Positions 20,046 through 34,042 are shown, counted from the first letter of the stretch. The stretch is 64,000 nt of DNA from Gammaproteobacteria bacterium (GCA_965215365.1 CBDCDS010000003.1:2336001-2400000), one strand, 5' to 3'. The notes: a model not told the origin generated them from the sequence alone. Program-made: numbers and translations.

Positions 20046-20650
20046 CTTTGCTCCCGGTGCATGACCTCGACCAGTTTTATGGCTTCCTGCTCCATGGTAA
20101 CAACCAGCTCATCGACCCGGCCGCGGAAGTAGCGGTAGAACATCAACGAGGGAATGGCCACGGTCAGGCCCACCGCAGTCGTGATCAAGGCCTCCGAGAT
20201 GCCCTCGGCCAAGACTGCGGGGTCACCCACGCCTTGCGTCGTAATCACCGCAAAAACCTTAATCATGCCGACCACCGTACCCAGCAAACCCAGCAACGGC
20301 GAGATCGAGGCGATAGTGCCCAGAGTATTGAGGTAACGTTCCAGATCATGGGCAACATGACGCCCCACTTCCTCTATGCTCTCCTTCATTATTTCCCGGC
20401 TCTGCTCCATATTGCTGAGACCGGCAGCCAGCACCCGCCCCAGCGGCGAGCTCTTCTTTAACATGTCCAGCCGCTTGGCGTCCAGGGTCTTTTTTTTATG
20501 CCATTCCCAGACAAACCTGACCATGTTCGCGGGGATAATGCGTTTGCGCTGCAACGACCAGAACCGCTCGCAGATAATCGCCAGCGATATCACCGAACAC
20601 AACAACAACGGCCAGATTAAAACCCCGCCTGACTTGACCAGTTCAAGCAT
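20042..20650 (-). CDS. exbB: MotA/TolQ/ExbB proton channel protein
   Basis: LGTIASISPLLGLLGTVVGMI, GISEALITTAVGL. Confidence 0.9.
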   Translation of the reverse strand: MLELVKSGGVLIWPLLLCSVISLAIICERFWSLQRKRIIPANMVRFVWEWHKKKTLDAKRLDMLKKSSPLGRVLAAGLSNMEQSREIMKESIEEVGRHVAHDLERYLNTLGTIASISPLLGLLGTVVGMIKVFAVITTQGVGDPAVLAEGISEALITTAVGLTVAIPSLMFYRYFRGRVDELVVTMEQEAIKLVEVMHREQR

Positions 20651-20704
20651 CCAATTCTCCGGTTTTCATATCAGCAAAGCCATTAGTATAATTGAAACCT
20701 GGTA

Positions 20705-21304
20705 ATGCTAACAAATCCGAAATATCCGGGTTTTATACACAACGACACAAATTCTGTGAAATACCTGTTCGTCCTTATCCTGATTGTTTGCTGCTGCCCG
20801 CCGCTGGCGGCTGCACCTTACCACATCGAGATCAGTAAATCCGGGCGCACCCTGTCGCTCCTGCAAGACCGGCAGGTTATCAAACAATACCGTATTGCCC
20901 ACGGTAAAGGCGCGCCAGGCGCCAAAATTCGCGCCGGCGATAACAAAACCCCCATCGGCACGTACCGCGCCGTCAGGTTCAAATCCAACAGTAAATTTCA
21001 TTTTTTCATTCAGTTGGATTATCCTAACCCACTGGATGCTTGGCGCGGTTACCAGAATGAAGTTATTTCTGCGACAGAATTCAAGCAGATTATCCTAGCC
21101 TACAAGAGTAACAGCCTGCCGCCTCAGGATACCGGTCTGGGCGGCTACATCGGCCTGCACGGCATAGGCCCGCTCACGCACGAGAAAAACCGGATACATG
21201 AGGCGCACAACTGGACGGAAGGTTGCGTTGCGGTGACCAACGAGGAGATCATCGAACTCAAAAAATACATTACCCGAGGCGTCAGGGTGATGATAAGGGA
21301 GTAA
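20705..21304 (+). CDS. L,D-transpeptidase family (YkuD) protein
   Basis: GDNKTPIG.Y, LDYPN, IGLHG...WTEGCVAV catalytic His/Cys. Confidence 0.88.
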   Translation: MLTNPKYPGFIHNDTNSVKYLFVLILIVCCCPPLAAAPYHIEISKSGRTLSLLQDRQVIKQYRIAHGKGAPGAKIRAGDNKTPIGTYRAVRFKSNSKFHFFIQLDYPNPLDAWRGYQNEVISATEFKQIILAYKSNSLPPQDTGLGGYIGLHGIGPLTHEKNRIHEAHNWTEGCVAVTNEEIIELKKYITRGVRVMIRE

Positions 21305-21311
21305 CGCAGTA

Positions 21312-22046
21312 ATGAAAAAAGGTGAACATCATTTATTCCTGTTATGGCTGATGTTAGTCAGCCTGGTGGGCTTCGGGCTGTTCCTGGCCCTGCGTGAACA
21401 GCTGTTGTTGCTGCTGTACCAGGGGGACAGCAGCAAACTGTCCTGGGTGATCAGCCTGTTATTCGTCATCATCACCCTTTACTGTGCGCGCCGGGCGTGG
21501 TTCATCTCCCGGGAACTCAACATCTCTAGGCAGATCTATGCGTTGGCGCACCGGCACGAACTTGCTGTCAAAGATGGCGCGGTATATCTGGACGACACGC
21601 AAAAACTGCCGGACTGCCTGCTCGAGCGCTACCTGCTGGACCTGTGCCAGCGGGCGCACACCGGGAATGGGCAGTCCGGCAACAACACGCTCGATACCAG
21701 CAACAAGGAGTTGATCGAGGTATTCGAGGCAAAGCTCAAAAACCCGCATAACCTGGGCTGGTTCTTCAGCGACATCATGATCAAACTTGGCCTGCTCGGC
21801 ACCATCATCGGTTTTGTGCTGATGCTCGGCTCAGTGGTCAACGTCACGGATTTTGACGTGAGTACCATGCAGGGCATCTTACAGGAGATGAGCTCAGGTA
21901 TGGGCACCGCCTTATACACCACGTTTGCCGGTCTGGTCTGCAGCATCCTCACCGCCGCCCAGTTCCACCTGCTCGACCAGGGCGCCGATGAACTCATCGA
22001 CACGACCAAGCGCCTGAGCCAGATTCACGTGCTGCCGAGACTATGA
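21312..22046 (+). CDS. Divergent MotA/TolQ/ExbB-family membrane protein
   Basis: LGLLGTIIGFVLML and GMGTALYTTFAGLV helices; two N-terminal TMs. Confidence 0.85.
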   Translation: MKKGEHHLFLLWLMLVSLVGFGLFLALREQLLLLLYQGDSSKLSWVISLLFVIITLYCARRAWFISRELNISRQIYALAHRHELAVKDGAVYLDDTQKLPDCLLERYLLDLCQRAHTGNGQSGNNTLDTSNKELIEVFEAKLKNPHNLGWFFSDIMIKLGLLGTIIGFVLMLGSVVNVTDFDVSTMQGILQEMSSGMGTALYTTFAGLVCSILTAAQFHLLDQGADELIDTTKRLSQIHVLPRL

Positions 22047-22114
22047 CCGCAGCTCTCACCAAGTCGCTTAAATCCGGCGCGATCTTCGCATCACCTGGTG
22101 AGATATGCGGGCTA
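22044..22114. mobile_element. Internally deleted MITE-A (~70 bp)
   Basis: CCGCAGCTCTCACCAAGTCGCTT...CCGGCGCGATCTTCGCATCACCTGGTGAGATATGCGGGCTA. Confidence 0.7.
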
Positions 22115-22131
22115 GCCCGCAGGTCGGCGCC

Positions 22132-22722
22132 ATGAAAAGTTACAGACGTTACCAGTCAGACCCGTTTACGGACTTGTTGTTCAACGCCCTGCTGGGTTTT
22201 ACCTTCCTGTTCCTCGTGGCCATCATGTTTATGAACCCGGAGGCCAAGTCCGGTATTATCGACCCCAAAGCGGAGTACATCCTCACCATCACCTGGGAGG
22301 ACAACAGCCCTGATGACATTGACGTATGGGTGGAGGACCCGGACGGCAGAGTGGTCTGGTTCCGCAACACGGAAGCCGGCCTGCTGCATCTGGACCGTGA
22401 CGATCGCGGGCTGCTTAACGATACCATCGTGGTGAACGGCGAGCCGTTGCAGAACCCGCTGAACCAGGAAGTCATCACTATTCGCGGTGTAGTCCGAGGT
22501 GAGTATGTCGTCAACCTGCATTACTACGCCACAGCAACCGAAAAACCCGTTGACGTGCAGGTGCGCCTGGTAAAAGTCAACCCCACCCTGGAGATCGTGT
22601 ATTACAATACGATTATCTTAGAACAGGTGGGTGTGGAGAAAACCGCGTTCCGCTTCCGTATCAACCTCGACGGTAAGGTCTCAGACATCAGCTTCCTGCC
22701 CAAGCAGCTGGTATCGGTTTGA
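22132..22722 (+). CDS. Single-pass membrane protein with ExbD/MotB-like TM Asp and beta-rich periplasmic domain
   Basis: PFTDLLFNALLGF TM; DDIDVWVEDP, LDRDDRG, GEYVVNLHYY. Confidence 0.75.
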   Translation: MKSYRRYQSDPFTDLLFNALLGFTFLFLVAIMFMNPEAKSGIIDPKAEYILTITWEDNSPDDIDVWVEDPDGRVVWFRNTEAGLLHLDRDDRGLLNDTIVVNGEPLQNPLNQEVITIRGVVRGEYVVNLHYYATATEKPVDVQVRLVKVNPTLEIVYYNTIILEQVGVEKTAFRFRINLDGKVSDISFLPKQLVSV

Positions 22723-22751
22723 TTAGTCACGAAGAACACAGAGAATAAAAC

Positions 22752-23273
22752 ATGTACGCATTGGGAATGACCGGGCTGCTCGCCGCTTACGTGCTGGTGG
22801 CCCTGCTGCTGCTCAGCATTAACCTGTATTCCAACTGGTCCTGGCAGGTCAAGGCCGGTTCCATCGTGGTGACCACGCTGCTGTACGTGGTGACCTACCT
22901 GTCCTTCCCGCCGCTGCTCGGCTGGCCAAGCGGGGAGCTGCCGCCGCAGCGCTTTCGGCTGGTGGGCGCCGATGTGGTGCAACCGGACAAGATGACCGGC
23001 GCGCAAGGGATGGTGTATCTCTGGGTCAAAGACATCAAGGATCTGTCCGCGCGCACGCCGCCGCGCGCACACAAGTTGCCCTACTCCGCCGACCTGCATG
23101 AGGCGGTGCTGTCGGCAAAATCGAAACTGGACCGAGGCATGGAACAACTGGGCGAGTTGCAATCACCCCTTGACGCCAATGCCCGGGAAGTGGATACGCT
23201 TATCCGTGGCGGCCAGCAAAGCGTGGAGATCGACTTCTACGACATTCCCGATCCACTGATCCCGGACAAGTAA
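22752..23273 (+). CDS. Hypothetical membrane protein, third gene of the MotA-like module
   Basis: Two TMs then LLGWPS...P.RF.L, YLWV, PRAHKLPYS..LHE. Confidence 0.7.
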   Translation: MYALGMTGLLAAYVLVALLLLSINLYSNWSWQVKAGSIVVTTLLYVVTYLSFPPLLGWPSGELPPQRFRLVGADVVQPDKMTGAQGMVYLWVKDIKDLSARTPPRAHKLPYSADLHEAVLSAKSKLDRGMEQLGELQSPLDANAREVDTLIRGGQQSVEIDFYDIPDPLIPDK

Positions 23274-23295
23274 TCGGCTTGGTGAGATATGCGGG

Positions 23296-24138
23296 CTATA
23301 TCCACAACGCCAGCACACCCATGCCGGCGAGGCCGATGACTATCAGGATAAACTTGTAAATACGGTCGCGATCATGTTCCGGCATGGGCATATCGTCGCC
23401 GAGCAGGGAACTGCGCATGAAATGCTTGATACGGTCATCGGAGCGATACATTTCTGCGTCGATGACGTCCAGGATGGCCACATACACAAACGTGCCGGCG
23501 GCCAGCGCATTGAAGCTGCCCTCGATCAATAACGCGGCCGCTCCCTCATACAGCCCTGAGGCCAAGGTGCCCAGCAGGATTCCCACGGGCGTCATCACCG
23601 CGAAGATGGCGAGCACGCGCAACAGTCGGCGGCGCTCGGCGCCGGCCGCCTGCACGCTGATGAGCAGCGCAAACGCGGCCGACCCTTTATGCGACAGAAT
23701 GGCGATCATGACCAGCAGGGACGCCGCCACCTCGGTTTCGATGCCCAACGCAATACCGGCGATGATGGAGTGGATCGACAGCACCACCAGCAACACCAGG
23801 GGATAAATCGGCTGCCGCTCCTCCGGCTTCTCACCCCTTCTTTTAGCATGGCTGGCTTCAAACAGCACCCGGTCTATGAGCAACAGCGCCACCACACCCA
23901 CGGCAGCCAGCAGTGGCGCCAGCGGATAATCGACCACGCCCGCCAGTGCCTCGCCGGCCTCCGGCAGCAGGTGGATAAACCCGGTCCCGAGGAATATGCC
24001 GCCGGCCAAAGCGTTGCCGAGTGACAGCAACCGGCGGCTGGCATGATGGCGCGCCGCCAGCAACGGGATGAGGCCGCCCAGGATGGCAACGACCAGGATC
24101 GCCAGGGCGGCGCTGAGTTTGATTTCCAGTAGTGACAT
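23296..24138 (-). CDS. ZIP-family metal transporter
   Basis: GIFLGTGFIHLLPEA, LSIHSIIAGIALG, ILSHKG, AAGTFVYV; stop TAG lies in a MITE-A end (23280-23298). Confidence 0.9.
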   Translation of the reverse strand: MSLLEIKLSAALAILVVAILGGLIPLLAARHHASRRLLSLGNALAGGIFLGTGFIHLLPEAGEALAGVVDYPLAPLLAAVGVVALLLIDRVLFEASHAKRRGEKPEERQPIYPLVLLVVLSIHSIIAGIALGIETEVAASLLVMIAILSHKGSAAFALLISVQAAGAERRRLLRVLAIFAVMTPVGILLGTLASGLYEGAAALLIEGSFNALAAGTFVYVAILDVIDAEMYRSDDRIKHFMRSSLLGDDMPMPEHDRDRIYKFILIVIGLAGMGVLALWI

Positions 24139-24250
24139 GATGGGGCGCGCTTGCCATGCCAGAATAACACCGGCCTGTGGTAAAAGCTATCAGACTACTC
24201 TGCGCCAGCCGCCGCCGCTACCCTCAGTGGGATAGTTGCGGTCAGGCTAC

Positions 24251-24289
24251 CCTCACCTACCCCCTCTCCCGCAAGGGGAGAGAGGGGGC
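24251..24289. repeat. REP-like palindrome / possible terminator
   Basis: CCTCACCTACCCCCTCTCCCGCAAGGGGAGAGAGGGGG between znuD-like and ZIP genes. Confidence 0.5.
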
Positions 24290-24308
24290 AGACTTGCTTG
24301 CAGCGACG

Positions 24309-26762
24309 CTAAAACCCCATGCGCAAACCGAAGATGCCGGAACGCCCCGGCAGCGGCGCCTCATTCTTCACAAAGGAAATGTGCCGGCGTATCTCCTCAT
24401 CCAGCAAGTTGGAGCCGCGCGCAAACAGCGTGACCCTGTTGCCGCCCAGCCTGAACATGTATTCAGCATAGATATCCAGCAGGTGATAACCATCTGTCTG
24501 CGTCTCCAACGGCGCGGTGCTGTCCTGCTCGTTCACGCGCGTATAGTTTACAGCCGCATACCAGTTGCCGCGTGAGTAAGTGAGACCCGAACCGAAACGC
24601 CAGGGGGTGATGCGCGCCAGGTTGATATTGTTGCTGCGTTCGCCTTCCACATAGTCGGTCCACAGCCGCAATACCAGCCTGCCGTTGTTATCATCCATGA
24701 GACGCACCCGGGTTTCCGCCTCGAAACCCAGGAATTCCACATCGTCCTGGCTGACGTAAACCAGAAACAGCTCCTCATCGACTCCCGCGTCCAGAATATC
24801 AGCCGGATCGCCGTCAAAGCCTTCCGTTACCCGGTCGGCAAAACCGTCGCCGTTTAAGTCCTGCTGCTGATAGTAGATGTAATCGTCAATCCGGTTATAG
24901 AAGAAATTCACCGAAGCAGTGAGTTTCCCTGCCGTCTTGCGCCAGTAGATATCGACATTATTGGACTTTTCCCTGGCCAGACCAGCGTCACCAATCTCGT
25001 ATGTCGTGCTCGCCAGATGCGGGCCGTTCGCATACAACTCGCTAAGCGCTGGCGCCCGCTGCGAATGGCCTAAGGAAAAGCCAGTCTGGTAGCCCGGAGC
25101 ATAATCCCAGTTCAGGCCGCCGGAGGCGCTGAACAGGTCGTGACTGCTTGCATCACCGGTCTCTGTCTCTGCGCTGGTATCCTGGTGTTCATAGCGTGCG
25201 CCCAGCTCGATATGCACCGGCCCGATATCCGTTTTTTCCAGCACGAAAACTCCGAACGACTCCAGCTCCGACAGGGGGATAAAACTCTCCGGGCCGTCGG
25301 TGACGAAGTCCTGATGCCGATAGTGGAAGCCGACCGCACCACTCCAGTCACCGATGGGGTCATGCAGGAACTCGACGCGGCCTTCCACTTCCTCGTTATC
25401 GAACAGCGTGCCTGATCCTTCCTCACCCTCTAGGTGCTGATAGTCGCTATAGCCCCAGCGCATCTTGACGCGACTCAGGCCAGGCAACGGCTCATCCATA
25501 GCTGCGACAAAATCGTAGCGGGTCTGTTCCATGTCAATGCGCGCGCCACCTTCTTCCTCATTATCGTGATGCTCTTCATCGCCATGGTCGTGAGCGTCGC
25601 CTTCACCGTGAGTGTCACGATCGCCGTCATGGAGCTCGTCATCATCGTGGTCATGATCGCCGTCCTCGTCATCATGGTGTTCCTCATCATCATGGTCATG
25701 AGCGCCGTCCTCGTCGTCATGATGCTCGTCCTTATCATGGTCATCGTGATCATCGTGGTCGTCATGGTCATCATGGTCATCATGGTCATCATGGTCATCG
25801 TGATCATCGTGGTCGTCATGGTCATCATGGTCATCGTGATCATCGTGGTCGTCATGGTCGTCATGGTCATCGTGATCATCGTGGTCGTCATGGTCGTCAT
25901 GGTCGTCATGGTCGTGACCATGATGGTGGTGGTGATGCCCTGGTATCCCGTACTTGTTCTCATAGTGGCTCACGGAAAACCCGGCATACCCGCGGGCGCC
26001 GACCCAGGACAGGCCGCCTGAGATATTCTCGGTCTTGCGACTGCTGTTGGCTAGGGTACCCCGACTCGAATCCTCTGGTTCCAACTCCGCAAAGCCCGGG
26101 ATATTGTAATCATCCATATTACGCGTCATCCCATCGATATGAAAGGCGAAATTGCCCACCCCGAAATTCAACCTGCCGGCGCCGGTCATACCATCCGCCA
26201 CGGTTTCATATTGCAAGGCCACCTCACCTTCCACATCGTCGGGTACGTAGTCAAGTATCCTACCTTTTACAACGTTGACAATGCCGCCGCTGCCGCCGCT
26301 ACCGAACAGTAACGTCGCCGGCCCGCGCAATATCTCCACCTGCTGCGACAGCAGCGCCTCCGTAGTCACCGCGTGGTCGGCGCTGAAGCTGCCGGCATCC
26401 ATGCTGCTGAGGCCATCTTCCAGTATCAGTACCCGGTTACCACTCTGCCCGCGGATAACAGGACGCCCCACCCCGGTGCCGTAGTCACTGGAGGCAATAC
26501 CTGGTTCATTGGCAACTGTTTCACCAATGTTGCTGATACTGCGGGTTCGCAGCGCCTCTTTTGATAGAATCCGGACCGGCTGGACGATATGCTCATCGAT
26601 CGCGGATAACGGATGGGCAGTGACCCTGATCTCCTCAAGGGAGGCGCCAGCGGTGGGTGTGCTTTTATTTCTTTCCTGGGCATGACCTGAGGTTGCCTCG
26701 GCCTGCGCCAGCGATACATGGACGCCCGCGAGTGCGAGCGCCAGAACGGCGATGCGTAACAT
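24309..26762 (-). CDS. znuD: TonB-dependent zinc receptor (ZnuD-like) with long His/Asp insert
   Basis: Plug RPVIRGQ..NRV, SADHAV, EILRGPATLLFG; ELYANGPHLAS; C-terminal Phe; His-rich loop after YGIPG. Confidence 0.85.
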   Translation of the reverse strand: MLRIAVLALALAGVHVSLAQAEATSGHAQERNKSTPTAGASLEEIRVTAHPLSAIDEHIVQPVRILSKEALRTRSISNIGETVANEPGIASSDYGTGVGRPVIRGQSGNRVLILEDGLSSMDAGSFSADHAVTTEALLSQQVEILRGPATLLFGSGGSGGIVNVVKGRILDYVPDDVEGEVALQYETVADGMTGAGRLNFGVGNFAFHIDGMTRNMDDYNIPGFAELEPEDSSRGTLANSSRKTENISGGLSWVGARGYAGFSVSHYENKYGIPGHHHHHHGHDHDDHDDHDDHDDHDDHDDHDDHDDHDDHDDHDDHDDHDDHDDHDDHDDHDDHDDHDDHDKDEHHDDEDGAHDHDDEEHHDDEDGDHDHDDDELHDGDRDTHGEGDAHDHGDEEHHDNEEEGGARIDMEQTRYDFVAAMDEPLPGLSRVKMRWGYSDYQHLEGEEGSGTLFDNEEVEGRVEFLHDPIGDWSGAVGFHYRHQDFVTDGPESFIPLSELESFGVFVLEKTDIGPVHIELGARYEHQDTSAETETGDASSHDLFSASGGLNWDYAPGYQTGFSLGHSQRAPALSELYANGPHLASTTYEIGDAGLAREKSNNVDIYWRKTAGKLTASVNFFYNRIDDYIYYQQQDLNGDGFADRVTEGFDGDPADILDAGVDEELFLVYVSQDDVEFLGFEAETRVRLMDDNNGRLVLRLWTDYVEGERSNNINLARITPWRFGSGLTYSRGNWYAAVNYTRVNEQDSTAPLETQTDGYHLLDIYAEYMFRLGGNRVTLFARGSNLLDEEIRRHISFVKNEAPLPGRSGIFGLRMGF
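25560..25940 (-). repeat. Coding (His-Asp-Asp)n 9-bp microsatellite and His/acidic tract
   Basis: About 20 CAYGAYGAY units followed by HDHDDEEHHDDEDG repeats. Confidence 0.95.
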
Positions 26763-26861
26763 TTGGATATCTCCACATAGATACAACTGGAATAGTGCCG
26801 AGCGTTATTGGGCACCTCTGAAAATCAGAGGTTACCTGCTCGGACAAACAGGTAGAACAGG

Positions 26862-27152
26862 TTATGTGGAAATCAGCGGCGGCGAGCGGGCGTGGGTAGT
26901 GGAACGGTCGTGTGAATAGTACCTGCTTGCAGCTACCGCCTGGGGGGCGGCGTTAGCGGCAGGTATGAGTGTGCAAGTATCGCCGGCGGCCACTGCATTG
27001 CCGTCAAATATCGACTGCGTCAGGCATTGCTGGCAATGCTCATGGGGTTCCAGCAGCTCATGCTCGAACTGATGCGCAAGCGCGGCGGCCTGCCCGCACA
27101 GGAGCAGAGCAGAGAACAACCAGGCCGACAAGGATTTACGTACCAAAGTCAT
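26862..27152 (-). CDS. Small His/Cys protein (DUF2946-like) upstream of the TonB receptor
   Basis: Signal/TM, AHQFEH, CQQC, C-terminal ARSPP. Confidence 0.75.
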   Translation of the reverse strand: MTLVRKSLSAWLFSALLLCGQAAALAHQFEHELLEPHEHCQQCLTQSIFDGNAVAAGDTCTLIPAANAAPQAVAASRYYSHDRSTTHARSPPLIST

Positions 27153-27155
27153 GGT

Positions 27156-27617
27156 TTATTTAGCGGGATGCTCCGGGCATAAACAGGACTGCTGGCGCCG
27201 GCACAGGCGGTAGTTCCAATAATGACCCAGGGCAATGGTGACAGCACCGCAGACGGTCAACGCCCGTTCCTGAAAGTCGCTGATAACACCCTCGCCCAAA
27301 AGTACCGCCGACAGCAACAACAACAGGCCAACCAGACCGACGCCAAGCAAGCGATAGCGCTGGTGCTGTTTGCAGCCTATAGTCAGGGCATAGACACTGA
27401 TGGGTAGCACCGCCAGCGCCATCCACAGATGAAACGCCTCATCGTCGAACTGCAACGCCGCCAGACCGGGCAGCATCACGATGAGCACCGGCGTAGCCAG
27501 ACATTGCAGCAGGCACAGCAGCGACAAACTCATGGCCGTCTTGTCTGTCAACGCGCGCAGGCCTGTTGTAGTGATTTTCACGTAAACCTGAACTCCCGCA
27601 TTCAAAGTTTTGTACAC
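27156..27617 (-). CDS. MerC-domain membrane protein
   Basis: DKTAMSLSLLCLLQCLATP, EAFH, GCKQH, GHYWNYRLC; start uncertain. Confidence 0.8.
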   Translation of the reverse strand: MYKTLNAGVQVYVKITTTGLRALTDKTAMSLSLLCLLQCLATPVLIVMLPGLAALQFDDEAFHLWMALAVLPISVYALTIGCKQHQRYRLLGVGLVGLLLLLSAVLLGEGVISDFQERALTVCGAVTIALGHYWNYRLCRRQQSCLCPEHPAK

Positions 27618-27708
27618 AGCATGAAAAGCAGTATAACAGTACTGTCAAGCAAAACCTGTTTTCCCCCATCCCCCAGACATTCCCGCTGAATGCCGGGGTT
27701 GGCGGGAA

Positions 27709-28191
27709 CTACTGTGTTTTCCCAGGCCCCAGCGCGGCCACGGCGTGCACGGCAATGCCTTCGCAGTTGCCGATAAAGCCCATTTTCTCGTTGGTGGTGG
27801 CCTTGACGTTGACGGCATCCCGGCTCAGGCCCAGGTCGGCGGCCAGATTGGCGCGCATGGCGTCGATATGCGGCGCCATTTTGGGTTCTTCGACAATGAT
27901 GGTGAGGTCTGCATTCAGCACCTGATGGTTATTTTGCGCCAGCAGCTCATGCACCTGCCGCAACAGGATGCGGCTGTCCACGTTTTTGAAATCCTTGCTG
28001 GTATCCGGGAAGTGCTTGCCGATGTCGCCCAGCGCCGCCGCGCCCAGCAAGGCATCACACAGCGCATGGATGACCACATCGCCGTCGGAATGCGCCAGCA
28101 GGCCCTTGTCGTGCGGAACCTTGACGCCGCCGAGTATCAGCGGCCGCCCTGCTATGAACCTGTGGGTATCGTAACCGTGGCCGATTCTCAT
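27709..28191 (-). CDS. ispF: 2-C-methyl-D-erythritol 2,4-cyclodiphosphate synthase
   Basis: [31 protein letters not shown]. Confidence 0.98.
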   Translation of the reverse strand: MRIGHGYDTHRFIAGRPLILGGVKVPHDKGLLAHSDGDVVIHALCDALLGAAALGDIGKHFPDTSKDFKNVDSRILLRQVHELLAQNNHQVLNADLTIIVEEPKMAPHIDAMRANLAADLGLSRDAVNVKATTNEKMGFIGNCEGIAVHAVAALGPGKTQ

Positions 28192-28885
28192 AATGCTGTC
28201 CTCAAATAAAACTCCGCCAGCGCCAGATCTTCCGGCGTTGACACCTTGATATTATGCGCGCCGCCGGGTACCAGCAGCGGCGAGTAGCCGCGCTGTTCCA
28301 GCGCCTGGGCTTCGTCCGTGACCAGGAGCTTGTCGGCCAGGGTTGCGGTCAGCGCTTCCTGCAACAGGCCCAACCGAAACATCTGCGGCGTCAGTGCGCG
28401 CCACAGGCGCGCGCGTTCCAACGTGCTTTCAATGGCCCGGTCCGGGCCGGCCTGCTTGACCGTGTCTCGCACTGGCAGGGCCAGGATACCACCGACCTCA
28501 TGCGCGCCAACCCCGTCCATGAGCGCGTCTATATCGGCCGGCGTGACACAGGGCCGGGCTGCGTCGTGCACCAGTACCCAGTCGCTGTGCGCGGCGCGTT
28601 CGGCCAGACGGTTCAAACCGTTCAGGACGGAATGGCAACGTTCCTTGCCACCGGCGGCCGTGACGATGCGAGGATGGCCGGATACTGCCAGCGTCGGCCA
28701 GCGGGCATCGTCCGCCGCCACCACTACGACCACACCCCGAATCCGCGGGTGTTCACAGAACGGCAGCAGGCTGTGCTCAATGACGGGCCGGCCCAGCAGC
28801 TCAAGATATTGCTTGGGTTTGCCGGCGCCCATGCGCCGGCCGACCCCGCCCGCGGGCATGACCGCCCAACAGTCCGGCGCAACGC

Positions 28886-28889
<4 letters not shown>
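28188..28889 (-). CDS. ispD: 2-C-methyl-D-erythritol 4-phosphate cytidylyltransferase
   Basis: [34 protein letters not shown]. Confidence 0.97.
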
Positions 28890-31370
<2,481 letters not shown>

Positions 31371-31372
31371 GG

Positions 31373-33133
<1,761 letters not shown>

Positions 33134-33347
33134 CTAGCACACAAGGCCGGCAGATGGAACTTTCCGGGTGTTAAGAACCGGATGTTACAAACAATGTTCG
33201 TAACTACTCACCCCCTGGTCGTCATTTTCTGCCAATGCCTCCCCATCAAATAATGGCTGCCTCTAACCCGAGGATCGGTTATAATGGGTGCCGTGAAAAT
33301 GCCCTGCGTGGCACTTCGATACGGCAACATGCCGGGAGACAAATACC

Positions 33348-33980
33348 ATGAACCGCATCATTGCCGCCGCCGGCTGCGCGCAAGCCGTCTTTGATTCGAT
33401 CAGGCAACGCATCGATTTCATCGCGCCGCTGTTGCTCAGGCTGTATCTGGTGCCCGTGTTCTGGGTGGCGGCCAACAACAAGTGGAACCCGTTTGACGAA
33501 AACAGTTCCTTGGAGGCCGTGATCGAATGGTTCGGCAACCCTGACTGGGGCCTGGGGCTGCCCTTCCCCGCAATCAACGCCTATCTGGCCTGGGGCGCGG
33601 AATATTTTGGTGCCATCCTGTTGGCCCTGGGTCTGGCCACTCGCTGGATCTGCATCCCCCTGATGTTCACCATGCTCGTCGCCATGCTCACGGTGCATAT
33701 CAGCCACGGCTGGCAAGCCGTGCACGACCTGAACAGCCCGTTTCCCGCGGCCGAAGCAAGCACCGCCAGCGAACGCCTGGACAAGGCGAAAAGCCTGCTG
33801 CGCGAGCATGGCAACTATGACTGGCTGACAGAACACGGCAACTTCGTCGTTGCCAACAACGGCATCGAATGGGCCGCCACCTATCTGGTCATGCTCTGCG
33901 CCCTGTTGTTCCTGGGTGGCGGCAGCTATCTGAGCGTGGATCACTGGCTCAGACGGCGCTACCCGCCCGGCGTACGGTAG
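33348..33980 (+). CDS. DoxX-family membrane protein
   Basis: LLLRLYLVPVFW.A, WFGNPDWGLGLPFP, GLATR, NNGIEW, GG.YLSVD. Confidence 0.88.
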   Translation: MNRIIAAAGCAQAVFDSIRQRIDFIAPLLLRLYLVPVFWVAANNKWNPFDENSSLEAVIEWFGNPDWGLGLPFPAINAYLAWGAEYFGAILLALGLATRWICIPLMFTMLVAMLTVHISHGWQAVHDLNSPFPAAEASTASERLDKAKSLLREHGNYDWLTEHGNFVVANNGIEWAATYLVMLCALLFLGGGSYLSVDHWLRRRYPPGVR

Positions 33981-34042
33981 CGGGGGTATGCCGGCGTTGC
34001 CCTGATCCCGGCATTACAGGGGTGGGCGCGCAAGAGTGACTG

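Noticed and set aside
21312-23273. Calling the MotA-like module Zorya
   Set aside because: No long ZorA tail, no OmpA-domain ZorB, and no ZorC/D/E-like genes adjacent
25434-26021. Met/Val/Ile-rich and Thr/Met-rich ORFs
   Set aside because: Alternative frames of the (HDD)n microsatellite
26750-27660. Zur box for the zinc cluster
   Set aside because: Only half-site-like TGTTATA/ATGTTAC matches; no convincing palindrome
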